Assembly (NCBI RefSeq): GCF_009914755.1
Contig: NC_060940.1
DNA length: 64,000 bases
Direction: 5' to 3' (one strand)
DNA from: the human T2T-CHM13v2.0 reference genome, Homo sapiens
The notes below the pieces were generated by a model, which ran no database searches, was not told the origin of the DNA, and saw nothing but the letters and a program-made list of their open reading frames with translations. The position numbers and the translations under genes were made by a program. Below are positions 28,696 through 44,897 of this stretch, piece after piece. How positions within the stretch are numbered: position 1 is the first letter of the stretch; each line of letters opens with the position of its first letter.

Positions 28696-31600
28696 GATGA
28701 TTCCACTCGATTCCATTTGATGATTATTCCATTGGAGTCCACTTAGTGAATCCTTTAGATTCTACTGGAAGATGATTCCATTCGAGTCCATTCGATGATA
28801 CCATTCAATTCCATTCGTTGATGCTTCCATTCAAGTGCATTCGATGATATCATTCGATTCCATTTGATGATAATTCCATTTGATTCCATGCGATGATTCT
28901 ATTCGATTCCATTCAATGATAATTCCATTCAATTCAGTGATTCCTCTGGACTCCATTTGATGATGATTCCATTCACTGATTCCATTCGATTCTATTCGAA
29001 AATGATTCCATTTGAATCCATTTGATGATGATTCCATTCGATTCAATTTGATGATTCCATTCGATTCCATTCGATGATGATTCCATTCGATTCCTTTTGA
29101 TGAATCCATTCTATTGTATTCGATGATGATTCCATTCGATTCCATTCGATGATGATTGGATTCGATTCCATTTGATGATTTCATTTGATTCCATTCGATA
29201 ATGATTTCGATCAATTCCATTCGATGATTCCATTCGATTCCATTCGATAATGATTACATCCGAGTCCATTCGATGATTCCATTTGAGCCCGTTCGATAAT
29301 TCCATTTGAGTTCAATCAATGATTCCATTCATTTCCATTCAATGATTCCATTCGAGTCCATTTGATCATTCCGGTAGGGTCCGTTCGATGTTGATTCCAT
29401 TGGAGTGCATTCGATGATTCCATTCGAGTCCATTTTAGGATTTGATTCGAGTCCTTTCGATGATTCCATTCGATTCCACTCGATGATTTCATTCGAGTCC
29501 ATTCGACACTTCCAATCGATTCCATTTGATGTTTCCATTCGATTCCAATTGATGATTCCATTCAATTCCATTCGATGATGATTCCGTACGATTCCATTCT
29601 GTGATGATTCCATGTGATTGCATTCAATGATGATTCCTTTCGATTGCATTCGATTATGATTCATTTCGTGTTCATTCTATGGTTCCACAGGTTTCCATTC
29701 GATGATGTTTCCATTCGTGTCCATTCCATTATTCCATTCTATTCCATTTGAAGATGATTCCATTCGATTCCATTCATTGGTGATTCCACTCAATTCCATT
29801 CAATGATTCCATTCCATTTCTTTCAACAATGATTCCATTAGTTTTTATTCGATGATCCACTTGATTCCATTTGACGATGATTCCATTCGTGTCCATTCGA
29901 TGATTCCATTTGATTCCATATGATGATGATTCCATTCTATTCCATACGATGATGATTCCATTCGAGTCCATTCAATGGTGATTCCATTCAATTCCATTCG
30001 ATGATTCCTTTCGATTCCATTCAATGATGATGGCATTCGATTCCTTTCGATCATTCCCTTTGATTCCATTCAAAGGTGATTTCATTCAAGTCCATTCGAT
30101 AATTGCATTCGATTCCATTCTATGATGATTCCATTCGAGTCCATTTGATGATTCCATTCAATTCAAGTCAATGATGATTCCATTCGATTCCACTCGATGA
30201 TTCCATTGGATTCCATTCGATGATGATTCCATTCAAATCCATTCGATAATTCAATTCAAGTCCATTCGATGATGATTCCAATCGAATCCATTCAAAGATT
30301 CCACTCCATTCCATTCGATGATGATTCCCTTAGATTCCATTCGATGATTCCACTTGATTCCATTTACGATGATTCCATTCGATTCCATGTGATGATTCCA
30401 TTCAATTCTATTTAATGATGTTTCCACTTGATTCCATTCGAACATGATTGCCTTTGATTCCATTCAATGATTCCATACGGTTCCATTTGATGATGATTCC
30501 ATTCGAGTGCATTAGATGATTCCATTCGAGTCCATTCGATGATTCCATTCGATTCCATTCGATGTTGATTCTGTTCAAATCCATTCGATGATTCCACTCG
30601 ATTCCATTCGATGACTCCATTTGATCCCATTCGATGATTTCCTTTGATTCCCTTTGATGATCATTCCATTTGATTCAATTCGGTGATTTCATTTGATTCC
30701 ATTCAGTGATGTTTCCATTCAACTCCTTTCGATGATGATTCCATTCGAATCCATTCGATTATGATTTCATTCAATTCCATTCGATAATGATTCCCTTCAA
30801 GTCCATTCGATGATTCCATTCGATTCCATTCAACGATGATTTGATTCGTGTCCATTCGATGATTCCATTTGATTCCATTTGATGATGATTCCATTCGAGT
30901 CCCTTTGATGATTCCATTCAATTCCATTCTCCGATGATTTCTTTTGAGCCCATTCAATGCTTCCACTCGATTCCATATGATGATGACTCCATTTGATGAA
31001 ATTCCATGATGATTCCATTCGCTTGCATTCGATGATGATTCCACTTGAGTCCGTTAGAAGATTCTATTCAATTACATTCCATGACGATTCTGTTCGAGTC
31101 CATTTGATGATTCCATTAGACTCCATTCGACGATGATTCCATTCGATGTTATTCGATGATGATTCCATTCAACTCCATTCGATGTTTCCATTCGAGTTCA
31201 TTCTATTATTCCATTAGATTCCATTCGATGATGATTCCATTCGATTCCATTTGATGATTGCATTCTATTTCATTTGATGATGATTCCATTCGAGTCCATT
31301 CGATGATTCCATTCGAGTCCATTTAATGAATCCATTGGTTTCAATTCTATGATGATTACATTGGATTCCATTCGTTGATGATTTCATTCGATTCCATTCA
31401 ATGATGATTCCATTCAATTCCATTCAATGATTCCATTCAATTCCATACGATGATGATTCCATTTGATTTGATTCGACAGTGAGCCATTCGATTCAATTCC
31501 ATGATGATTCTATTTGATTCAATTGGTTGACATTTCCATTCGATTCCATTCGATGATGATTCCATTTGATTCCATTCAAAGATGATTCCATTCTAGCCCA

Positions 31601-34174
31601 TTCAATCATTCCATTCGATTCTATTCAATGATGATTCCATTCATGTCGATTTGGTGATTCCATTTGACTTCATTTGATGATGATTCCTTTCAAGTTCATT
31701 AGATGATTCCATTCGATTCCATTTGATGATGATCCCATTCGAGTCCATTCAGTGATTCCACTCGTTTCCATTCCATGATGATTCCATTCCATTCCATTCA
31801 ATGATTCCATTCGATTCCGTTTGATGATGATTTCATTCGAGTCCATTTGATGATTCCATTTGATTCCATTCGATGATGATTACATTCGAGTCCATACGAT
31901 GATTCCACTCAATTCCATATGATGATGATTCCATTCGATTCCATTCGATGATTCCATTCTATTCTATTCAATGTTGATTCCATTCGAGTACATTAGATGA
32001 TTCCATTCGATTCCATTCAATGATGATTCTATTTGTGTCCCTTAGATGGTTCCACATGATTCCATTTCATGATGATACTATTTGAGCCCATCCAATGATT
32101 CCCTTCGATTCCATTCGATGAGGATTCCATTCGATTCAATTCATTGGTGATTCTATTCAATTCAATTCTTTGATTCCATTCCATTCCATTCGACAATGAT
32201 TCCATTCGATTTCTTTCGATGATTCCACTCGATTCCACTTGACATTGATTCCATTCGATTCCATTCAATGATTCCGTTTGATTCCAGTGGATGATGATTG
32301 CCATCGATTCCATTCGATCACTCCATTCTATTCCATTTGATGATGATTACATTCGATTCCATTTGATGATTCCATCTGATTCTATTCGAGGATTCCATTT
32401 GATTCCATTCGATGATGATTCCATTCGAGTGCATTCGATGATTTCATTCGAGTACATCCAATGATTCCATTCGAGTCCATTTGATTTTTCCATTTAATTC
32501 CATTTGATTATGATTCTACTAGAGTCCATTCAATGACTCCATTCGAATCCATTCAACAATTCCATTCGAGGCCATTCGATGATTCCATTTCATGATTCCA
32601 TTCGAGTCCATTTAATCATTACAGTCGAGTCCATTTGGTGATTCCACTGGATTTCTTTTGATAATGATACCATTCAATTACATTTGATGATGATCCCATT
32701 CAATTTCATTTGATGGTGATTCCATTAGAGTCCATTCGATGATTTCATTCGAGTCCCTTCATTGATTCCATCCGATTTCATTTGATGATGACTCCATTCG
32801 AGTCCATTCGATGATTCCACTCGATTCCATTAGATGATTCCATTGGAGTCCATTTGATTGTTCCATTCGATTCTATTCGATTCCTTTCGAAGATTATTCC
32901 ATTTGAGTCCATTCGATGATGATTCCATTCCATTCCATTCGATGATTCCGTTTGATTCCATTCGATGATTCCCTTCGATTCCTTTCTTTGATGATTCCAT
33001 TCCATTCCATTCAATGATTCCATTCGAATCTATTCCATGATGATTCCTTTCGATTCCATTCGCTGATGTTTCCGTTCAATTCCATTCGATGATGATTCCA
33101 TTCGATTCCATTCATTGAGGATTCCATTTGATTCCATTCAATGATGATTCCATTCTATTCCATTCAATGATTGCATTCAATTCCATTCAATGATTATCCC
33201 CTTAGAGTAAACTCAACGATTCCATTCAATACCATTCGATGATGATTCCTTTTGAGTCCATTCAATGATTTCATTCAAGTCCATTTGATGATTCCTTTCA
33301 ATTCCATTCTATGATGATTCCATTCGAGTCCATTCGATGATTCCATTCGATTGCATTCGATGATTCCATTATATTCCATTCAACGGTGATTCCATTCGAG
33401 TCCATTCCATGATTCCATTAGAGTACATTTAATGATTGCTTTGTTTTCAATTCGAAGATGATTACATTGGATTCCATTCTATGATACCATTCGATTCCAT
33501 TCAATGATGATTCCACTCAAATCCATTGGATGATTCCATTCGTGTCCATTCGGTGATTTCATTAGATTCCATTCGAGGATGATTCCATTCGATTCCATTC
33601 GATGATTCCATTCAATTACATTCGATGATGATTCCATTCCAGTCCATATGATCATTCCATTTGATTTCATTCGATGATGATTCCATTCGATTCCATTCGA
33701 TGATTCCATTCTATTCCATTCGATGATGATTCCATTCGAGTCCATTCGATGATTCCATTCGAGTCCATTTAATGATTCCATTGGGTTCAATTCAATGATG
33801 ATTACATTGGATTCCGTTCTATGATTCCATTCAATTCCGTTCATTGACAATTTGATTCCATTCGATGATGATTCCATTTGAGTTCATTCGATGATTCTAT
33901 TTGATTCTCTTCGATGGTGATTCAATTCTATTATATTGGATGATTCCATTCGATTCCATTTGATGTTGATTCAATTCGATTCTATTCGATGATGATTCCA
34001 TTGGATTTCACTTCATGATTCTGTTCGATTCCATTCAATGATGATTCACTTCTCGTCCATTGGATGATTCCATTTCATTCCATTCGATGATGATTCCATT
34101 CGATTCCATTCGATGATTCCATTTGATTCCATGCGTCGGTGAGCAATTCGATTCAATTCCATGATGATTCTATT

Positions 34175-34185
34175 TGATTCAATTA
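34175..34185 (-). promoter_or_regulatory. Candidate DUX4 binding motif TAATTGAATCA
   Basis: Identical motif at the homologous unit position. Confidence 0.5.
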
Positions 34186-36063
34186 GATGATGTTTCCATT
34201 CGAATCCATTCCATGATTATTCCATTGGAATCCATTCGGCGATGATTCCATATGAGTCAATTCAATGATGATTCCATATGGGTCCGTTCGATGATAATTC
34301 CTTTTGATTTCATTCGGTGCTTCTATTCAATTCCAGTCGATGATGATTCCGTTGGAGTCCATACGATGATTCCATTTGATTTCATTTGATGATGATTCCA
34401 TTCGATGATGATTACATTGGATTCCATTCTATGATTCCATTCAATTCCATTCCTTGATGATTCGATTCCATTCAATGATGATTCCATTTGAGTTCATTCG
34501 ATGATTCTATTCGATTCCGTTCGATGGTGATTCAATTCTCTTATATTGGATGAATCCACTCGATTCCATTGGATGATTATTCCATTGGAGTCCACTTAGT
34601 GAATCCTTCAGATTCTACTCGAAGATGATTCCATTCAAGTCCATTCGATGATACCATTCAATTCCATTCGTTGATGCTTCCATTCAAGTGCATTCGATGA
34701 TATCATTCGATTCCATTTGATGATAATTCCATTTCATTCCATGCGATGATTCTATTCGATTCCATTCAATGATAATTCCATTCAGTTCAGTGATTCCTCT
34801 GGACTCCATTTGATGATGATTCCATTCAATGATTCCATTCGATTCTATTCGAAAATGATTCCATTTGAATCCATTTGATGATGATTCCATTAGATTCCAT
34901 TTGATGATTCCATTCGATTCCATGCGACGATGATTCCATTCGATTCCGTTTGATGATTCCATTCTATTCTATTCGATGATGATTCCATTCGATTCCATTC
35001 GATGATGATTGGATTTGATTCCATTTGATGATTTCATTTGATTCCATTCGTTAATGATTTCGATCAATTCCATTCGATGATTCCATTCGATTCCATTCGA
35101 TAATGATTACATCCGTGTCCATTCAATGATTTCATTTGAGCCTGTTCGATAATTCCATTTGAGTCCAACCAATGATTCCATTCATTTCCATTCAATGATT
35201 CCATTCGAGTCCATTTGATCATTCCGGTAGGGTCCATTCGATGTTGATTCCATTGGAGTGCATTCGATGATTCCATTCGAGTCCATTTTATGATTTGATT
35301 CGAGTCCTTTCGATGATTCCATTCGATTCCACTCGATGATGATTTCATTCGAGTCCATTCGACACTTCCAATCGATTCCATTTGATGTTTCCATTCGAGT
35401 CCAATTGATGATTCCATTCAATTCCATTCGATGATGATTCCGTACGATTCCATTCTGTGATGATTCCATGTGATTGCATTCAATGATGATTCCTTTAGAT
35501 TGCATTCGATTGTGATTCATTTCGTCTTCATTCTATGGTTCCACAGGTTTCCATTCGTGTCCATTCCATTATTCCATTCTATTCCATTTGATGATGATTC
35601 CATTCGATTCCATTCATTGGTGATTCCACTCAATTCCATTCAATGATTCCATTCCATTTCTTTCAACAATGATTCCATTAGTTTCTAATCGATGATCCAC
35701 TTGATTCCATTTGACGACGATTCTATTCTTGTCCATTCGATGATTCCATTTGATTCCATATCATGTTGATTCCATTCGATTCCATACGATGATGATTCCA
35801 TTCGAGTCCATTCCATGGTGATTCCATTCAATTCCATTCGATGATTCCTTTCGATTCCATTCGATGATGATGGCATTCGATTCCTTTCAATCATTCCCTT
35901 TGATTCCATTCAAAGGTGATTTCATTCAAGTCCATTCGATAATTGCATTCGATTCCATTCTATGATGATTCCATTCGAGTCCATTTGATGATTCCATTCA
36001 ATTCAAGTCAATGATGATTCCATTCGATTCCATTCGATGATTCCATTCAATTCCATTCGATGA

Positions 36064-39000
36064 TGATTCCATTCAAATCCATTCGATAATTCAATTCAAG
36101 TCCATTCGATGATGATTAAAATCGAATCCATTCAAAGATTCCATTCAGTTCCATTCGATGATTCCCTTAGATTCCATTCGATGATTCCACTTGATTCCAT
36201 TTACGATGATTCCATTCTATTCCATGTGATGATTCCATTCAATTCTATTCAATGCTGTTTCCATTTGATTCCATTCGACCATGATTGCCTTTGATTCCAT
36301 TCAATGACTCCATTCGGTTCCTTTTGATGATGATTCCGTTCGATTCCATTTGATGATTCCATTTGATTCCATTGGATGAGTCCATTCGATTACATTCGAT
36401 GATTATTCCATTCGAGTGCATTAGATGATTCCATTCGAGTCCATTCGATGATTCCATTCGATTCCATTCGATGTTGATTCTGTTCAAATCCATTCGATGA
36501 TTCCACTCGATTCCATTCGATGACTCCAGTTGATCCCATTCGATGATTTCCTTTGATTCCCTTTGATGATCATTCCATTTGATTCAATTCGGTGATTTCA
36601 TTGGATTCCATTCAGTGATGTTTCCATTCGACTCCATTCGATGATGATTCCATTCGACTCCATTCGATTATGATTTCATTCAATTCCATTCGATAATGAT
36701 TCCCTTCGAGTCCATTCGATGATTCCATTCGATTCCATTCAACAATGATTTGATTCGTGTCCATTCGATGATTCCATTTGATTCCACTTGATGATGATTC
36801 CATTCGAGTCCATATGATGATTCCATTCAATTCCATTCTCCGATGATTTCTTTTGAGCCCATTCAATGCTTCCACTCGATTCCATATGATGATGACTCCA
36901 TTCGATGAAATTCGATGATGATTCCATTCGCTTGCATTCGATGATGATTCCACTTGAGTCCATTAGAAGATTCTATTCAATGTTATTCGATGATTCCATT
37001 CGATCTCATTCGATGATGATTCCATTCAACTCCATTCGATGTTTCCATTCGAGTTCATTCTATTATTCCATTAGATTCCATTCGATGATGATTCCATTCG
37101 ATTCCATTTGATGATTGCATTCTATTTCATTTGATGATGATTCCATTCGAGTCCACTCGATGATTCCATTCGAGTCCATTTAATGAATCCATTGGTTTCA
37201 ATTCTATGATGATTACATTGGATTCCATTCGTTGATGATTTCATTCGGTTCCATTCAATGATGATTCCATTCAATTCCTTTCAATGTTTCCATTCAATTC
37301 CATACGATGATGATTCCATTTGATTTGATTCGACAGTGAGCCATTCGATTCAATTCCATGATGATTCTATTTGATTCCATTGGTTGACATATCCATTCGA
37401 TTCCATTCGATGATGATTCCCTTTGATTCCATTCAAAGATGATTCCATTCTAGCCCATTCAATCATTCCATTCGATTCTATTCAATGATGATTCCATTCA
37501 TGTCGATTTGGTGATTCCATTTGACTTCATTTGATGATGATTCCTTTCAAGTTCATTAGATGATTCCATTCGATTCCATTTGATGATGATCCCATTCGAG
37601 TCCATTCAGTGATTCCACTCGTTTCCATTCCATGATGATTCCATTCCATTCCATTCAATGATTCCATTCGATTCCGTTTGATGATGATTTCATTCGAGTC
37701 CATTTGATGATTCCATTGGATTCCATTCGATGATGATTCCATTCGAGTCCATTCGATGATTGTATTCGAATCCATTTGATGATTTCTTTTGATTATAGTT
37801 TGTGATGATTCCATTGGAGTCCATTCAATGATTCCATTCGATTCCAATCGATGGTGATTCCATTAGAGTCCATTTAATGATTCCATTTGATTCCAGTCTC
37901 TGATGATTACATTCGAGTCCATACAATGATTCCACTCAATTCCATATGATGATGATTCCATTCGATTCCATTCGATGATTCCATTCTATTCTATTCAATG
38001 GTGATTCCATTCAAATCCATTCGATAATTCAATTCAAGTCCATTCGATGATGATTAAAATCGAATCCATTCAAAGATTCCATTCAGTTCCATTCGATGAT
38101 TCCCTTAGATTCCATTTGATGATTCCACTTGATTCCATTTACGATGATTCCATTCGATTCCATGTGATGATTTCATTCAATTCTATTCAATGCTGTTTCC
38201 ATTTGATTCCATTCGACCATGATTGCCTTTGATTCCATTCAATGACTCCATTCGGTTCCTTTTGATGATGATTCCGTTCGATTCCATTTGATGATTCCAT
38301 TTGATTCCATTGGATGAGTCCATTCGATTACATTCGATGATTATTCCATTCGAGTGCATTAGATGATTCCATTCGAGTCCATTCGATGATTCCATTCGAT
38401 TCCATTCGATGTTGATTCTGTACAAATCCATTCGATGATTCCACTCGATTCCATTCGATGACTCCAGTTGATCCCATTCGATGATTTCCTTTGATTCCCT
38501 TTGATGATCATTCCATTTGATTCAATTCGGTGATTTCATTTGATTCCATTCAGTGATGATTCCATTCGTCTCCATTCGATGATGATTCCATTCGACTCCA
38601 TTCGATTATGATTTCATTCAATTCCATTCGATAATGATTCCCTTCGAGTCCATTCGATGATTCCATTCGATTCCATTCAACAATGATTTGATTCGTGTCC
38701 ATTCGATGATTCCATTTGATTCCACTTGATGATGATTCCATTCGAGTCCATTTGATGATTCCATTCAATTCCATTCTCCGATGATTTCTTTTGAGCCCAT
38801 TCAATGCTTCCACTCGATTCCATATGATGATGACTCCATTCGATGAAATTCGATGATGATTCCATTCGCTTGCATTCGATGATGATTCCACTTGTGTCCA
38901 TTAGAAGATTCTATTCAATTACATTCCATGACGATTCCGTTCGAGTCCATTTGATGATTCCATTAGACTCCATTCGACGATGATTCCATTCGATGTTATT

Positions 39001-40014
39001 CGATGATTCCATTCGATCTCATTCGATGATGATTCCATTCAACTCCATTCGATGTTTCCATTCGAGTTCATTCTATTATTCCATTAGATTCCATTCGATG
39101 ATGATTCCATTCGATTCCATTTGATGATTGCATTCTATTTCATTTGATGATGATTCCATTCGAGTCCACTCGATGATTCCATTCGAGTCCATTTAATGAA
39201 TCCATTGGTTTCAATTCTATGATGATTACATTGGATTCCATTCGTTGATGACTTCATTCGGTTCCATTCAATGATGATTCCATTCAATTCCTTTCAATGT
39301 TTCGATTCAATTCCATACGATGATGATTCCATTTGATTTGATTCGACAGTGAGCCATTCGATTCAATTCCATGATGATTCTATTTGATTCCATTGGTTGA
39401 CATTTCCATTCGATTCCATTCGATGATGATTCCCTTTGATTCCATTCAAAGATGATTCCATTCTAGCCCATTCAATCATTCCATTCGATTCTATTCAATG
39501 ATGATTCCATTCATGTCGATTTGGTGATTCCATTTGACTTCATTTGATGATGATTCCTTTCAAGTTCATTAGATGATTCCATTCGATTCCATTTGATGAT
39601 GATCCCATTCGAGTCCATTCAGTGATTCCACTCGTTTCCATTCCATGATGATTCCATTCCATTCCATTCAATGATTCCATTCGATTCCGTTTGATGATGA
39701 TTTCATTCGAGTCCATTTGATGATTCCATTGGATTCCATTCGATGATGATTCCATTCGAGTCCATTCGATGATTCTATTCGAATCCATTTGATGATTTCT
39801 TTTGATTATAGTTGGTGATGATTCCATTGGAGTCCATTCAATGATTCCATTCGATTCCAATCGATGGTGATTCCATTAGAGTCCATTTAACGATTCCATT
39901 TGATTCCAGTCTCTGATGATTACATTCGAGTCCATACGATGATTCCACTCAATTCCATATGATGATGATTCCATTCGATTCCATTCGATGATTCCATTCT
40001 ATTCTATTCAATGG
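36064..40014 (+). repeat. Internal tandem duplication (1,938 bp + 2,013 bp copies)
   Basis: Junction ...CTATTCAATGG-TGATTCCATTC-AAATCCATTCGATAATTC... at 38002-38012. Confidence 0.9.
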
Positions 40015-42224
40015 TGATTCCATTCGAGTACATTAGATGATTCCATTCGATTCCATTCAATGATGATTCTATTTGTGTCCCTTAGATGATTCCACATGAT
40101 TCCATTAGATGATGATACTATTTGAGCCCATCCAATGATTCCCTTCGATTCCATTCGATGAGGATTCCATTCGATTCAATTCATTGGTGATTCTATTCAA
40201 TTCAATTCTTTGATTCCATTCCATTCCATTCGACAATGATTCCATTCGATTTCTTTCGATGATTCCACTCGATTCCACTTGACATTGATTCCCTTCGATT
40301 ACATTCAATGATTCCATTTGATTCCAGTGGATGATGATTGCCATCGATTCCATTCGATCACTCCATTCTATTCCATTTGATGATGATTACATTCGATTCC
40401 ATTTGACGATTCCATCTGATTCTATTCGAGGATTCCATTTGATTCCATTCGATGATGATTCCATTCGAGTCCATTCGATGATTTCATTCGAGTACATCCA
40501 ATGATTCCATTCGAGTCCATTTGATGATTCCATTTGATTCCATTTGATAATGATTCTACTAGAGTCCATTCAATGACTCCATTCGAGTCCATTCAACAAT
40601 TCCATTCGACTCCATTTGATGATTCCATTCGATTCCATTTGATGATTCCATTCGAGTCCATTTAATCATTACAGTCGAGTCCATTTGGTGATTCCACCGG
40701 ATTTCTTTTGATAATGATACCATTCAATTACATTTGATGATGATCCCATTCAATTTCATTTGATGGTGATTCCATTAGAGTCCATTCGATGATTTCATTC
40801 GAGTCCCTTCATTGATTCCATCCGATTTCATTGGATGATGACTCCATTCGAGTCCATTCGATGATTCCACTCGATTCCATTAGATGATTCCATTGGAGTC
40901 CATTTGATTGTTCCATTCGATTCCATTCGATTCCTTTCGAAGATTATTCCATTTGAGTCCATTCGATGATGATTCCATTCCATTCCATTCGATGATTCCG
41001 TTTGATTCCATTCGATGATTCCCTTCGATTCCTTTCTTTGATGATTCCATTCCATTCCATTCAATGATTCCATTCGAATCTATTCCATGATGATTCCTTT
41101 CGATTCCATTCGCTGATGTTTCCGTTCAATTCCATTCGATGATGATTCCATTCGATTCCATTCATTGAGGATTCCATTTGATTCCATTCAATGATGATTC
41201 CGTTCTATTCCATTCAATGATTGCATTCAATTCCATTCAATGATTATCCCCTTAGAGTAAACTCAACGATTCCATTCAATACCATTAGATGATGATTCCT
41301 TTTGAGTCCATTCAATGATTTCATTCAAGTCCATTTGATGATTCCTTTCAATTCCATTCTATGATGATTCCATTCGAGTCCATTCGATGATTCTATTCGA
41401 TTGCATTCGATGATTCCATTATATTCCAGTCAACGATGATTCCATTCGAGTCCATTCGATGATTCCATTAGAGTACATTTAATGATTGCTTTGTTTTCAA
41501 TTCGAAGATGATTACATTGGATTCCATTCTATGATACCATTCGATTCCATTCAATGATGATTCCACTCAAATCCATTGGATGATTCCATTCGTGTCCATT
41601 CGGTGATTTCATTAGATTCCATTCGAGGATGATTCCATTCGATTCCATTCGATGATTCCATTCAATTCCATTCGATGATGATTCCATTCCAGTCCATATG
41701 ATCATTCCATTTGATTTCATTCGATGATGATTCCATTCGATTCCATTCGATGATTCCATTCTATTCCATTCGATGATGATTCTATTCGAGTCCATTCGAT
41801 GATTCCATTCGAGTCCATTTAATGATTCCATTGGGTTCAATTCAATGATGATTACATTGGATTCCGTTCTATGATTCCATTCAATTCCGTTCATTGACAA
41901 TTTGATTCCATTCGATGATGATTCCATTTGAGTTCATTCGATGATTCTATTCGATTCTCTTCGATGGTGATTCAATTCTATTATATTGGATGATTCCATT
42001 CGATTCCATTTGATGTTGATTCAATTCGATTCTATTCGATGATGATTCCATTGGATTTCACTTGATGATTCTATTCGATTCCATTCAATGATGATTCACT
42101 TCTCGTCCATTGGATGATTCCATTTCATTCCATTCGATGATGATTCCATTCGATTCCATTCGATGATTCCATTTGATTCCATGCGACGGTGAGCAATTCG
42201 ATTCAATTCCATGATGATTCTATT

Positions 42225-42235
42225 TGATTCAATTA
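42225..42235 (-). promoter_or_regulatory. Candidate DUX4 binding motif TAATTGAATCA
   Basis: Identical motif at the homologous unit position. Confidence 0.5.
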
Positions 42236-44897
42236 GATGATGTTTCCATTCGAATCCATTCCATGATTATTCCATTGGAATCCATTTGGCGATGATTCCA
42301 TATGAGTCAATTCAATGATGATTCCATATGGGTCCGTTCGATGATAATTCCATTTGATTTCATTCAATGCTTCTATTCTATTCCAGTCGTTGATGATTCC
42401 GTTGGAGTCCATACGATGATTCCATTTGATTTCATTTGATGATGATTCCATTCGATGATGATTACATTGGATTCCATTCTATGATTCCATTCAATTCCAT
42501 TCGTTGATGATTCGATTCCATTCAATGATGATTCCATTTGAGTTCATTCGATGATTCTATTCGATTCCGTTCGAAGGTGATTCAATTCTATTATATTGGA
42601 TGATTCCACTCGATTCCATTTGATGATTATTCCATTGGAGTCCACTTAGTGAATCCTTTAGATTCTACTCGAAGATGATTCCATTCGAGTCCATTCAATG
42701 ATACCATTCAATTTCATTCGTTGATGCTTCCATTCAAGTGCATTCGATGATATCATTCGATTCCATTTGATGATAATTCCATTTGATTCCATGCGATGAT
42801 TCTATTCGATTCCATTCAATGATAATTCCATTCAATTCAGTGATTCCTCTGGACTCCATTTGATGATGATTCCATTCAATGATTCCATTCGATTCTATTC
42901 CAAAATGATTCCATTTGAATCCATTTGATGATGATTCCATTAGATTCCATTTGATGATTCCATTCGATTTCATTTGACGATGATTCCATTCGATTCCATT
43001 TGATGATTCCATTCTATTCTATTCGATGATGATTCCATTCGATTCCATTTGATGATGATTGGATTCGATTCCATTTGATGATTTCATTTGATTCCATTCG
43101 TTAATGATTTCGATCAACTCCATTCGATGATTCCATTTGATTCCATTCGATAATGATTACATCCGAGTCCATTCGATGATTCCATTTGAGCCCGTTCGAT
43201 AATTCCATTTGAGTCCAATCAATGATTCCATTCATTTCCATTCAATGATTCCATTCGAGTCCATTTGATCATTCTGGTAGGGTCCGTTCGATGTTGATTC
43301 CATTGGAGTGCATTCGATGATTCCATTCGAGTCCATTTTATGATTTGATTCGAGTCCTTTCGATGATTCCATTCGATTCCACTCGATGATGATTTCATTC
43401 GAGTCCATTCGACACTTCCCATCGATACCATTTGATGTTTCCATTCGAGTCCAATTGATGATTCCATTCAATTCCATTCGATGATGATTCCGTACGATTC
43501 CATTCTGTGATGATTCCATGTGATTGCATTCCATGATGATTCCTTTCGATTGCATTCGATTATGATTCATTTCGTGTTCATTCTATGGTTTCACAGGTTT
43601 CCATTCGATGACGTTTCCGTTCGTGTCCATTCCATTATTCCATTCTATTTCATTTGATGATGATTCCATTCGATTCCATTCATTGGTGATTCCACTCAAT
43701 TCCATTCAATGATTCCATTCCATTTCTTTCAACAATGATTCCATTAGTTTCTATTCGATGATCCACTTGATTCCATTTGGCGATGATTCCATTCGTGTCC
43801 ATTCGATGATTCCATTTGATTCCATATGATGATGATTCCATTCGATTCCATACCATGATGATTCCATTCGGGTCCATTCAATGGTGATTCCATTTAATTC
43901 CATTCGATGATTCCTTCCGATTCCATTCGATGATGATGGAATTCGATTCCTTTCAATCATTCCCTTTGATTCCATTCAAAGGTGATTTCATTCAAGTCCA
44001 TTCGATAATTGCATTCGATTCCATTCTATGATGATTCCATTCGAGTCCATTTGATGATTCCATTCAGTTCAAGTAAATGATGATTCCATTCAATTCCACT
44101 CGATGATTCCATTGGATTCCATTCGATGATGATTCCATTCAAATCCATTCGATAATTCAATTCAAGTCCATTCGATGATGATTCCAATCGAATCCATTCA
44201 AAGATTCCATTCAATTCCATTCGATGATGATTCCCTTAGATTCCATTCGATGATTCCACTTGATTCCATTTACGATGATTCCATTCGATTCCATGTGATG
44301 AATCCATTCAATTCTATTCAATGATGTTTCCATTTGATTCCATTGGACCATGATTGCCTTTGATTCCATTCAATGATTCTATTCGGTTCCATTTGATGAT
44401 GATTCCGTTCGATTCCATTTCATTATTCCATTTGATTCCATTGGATGAGTCCATTCGATTACATTCGATGATTATTCCATTCGAGTGCATTAGATGATTG
44501 CATTCGAGTCCATTCGATGATTCCATTCGATTCCATTCGATGTTGATTCTGTTCAAATCCATTCGATGATTCCACTCAATTCCAATCGATGACTCCATTT
44601 GATCCCATTCGATGATTTCCTGTGATTCCCTTTGATGATCATTCTATTTGATTCAATTCGGTGATTTCATTTCATTCCATTCAGTGATGTTTCCATTCGA
44701 CTGTATTCGATGATGATTCCATTCGACTCCATTCGATTATGATTTCATTCAATTCCATTCAATAATGATTCCCTTCGAGTCCATTCGATGATTCCATTCG
44801 ATTCCATTCAACGATGATTTGATTCGTTTCCATTCGATGATTCCATTTGATTCCACTTGATGATGATTCCATTCGAGTCCATTTGATGATTCCATTC

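Larger units (their letters stand above)
23222..33204 (+). repeat. Higher-order unit BC2 (9,983 bp)
   Basis: Landmarks 23222 and 33205. Contains an X copy and the duplicated core (ORF track 24701 and 28831, offset 4,130). Confidence 0.9.
33205..41254 (+). repeat. Higher-order unit A3* (8,050 bp = 6,112 + 2,013 duplication - 75 deletion)
   Basis: A-diagnostic alleles. Internal landmarks occur twice at offsets 1,938 and 2,013 (ORF track 36109/38047, 37527/39540). Confidence 0.9.
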
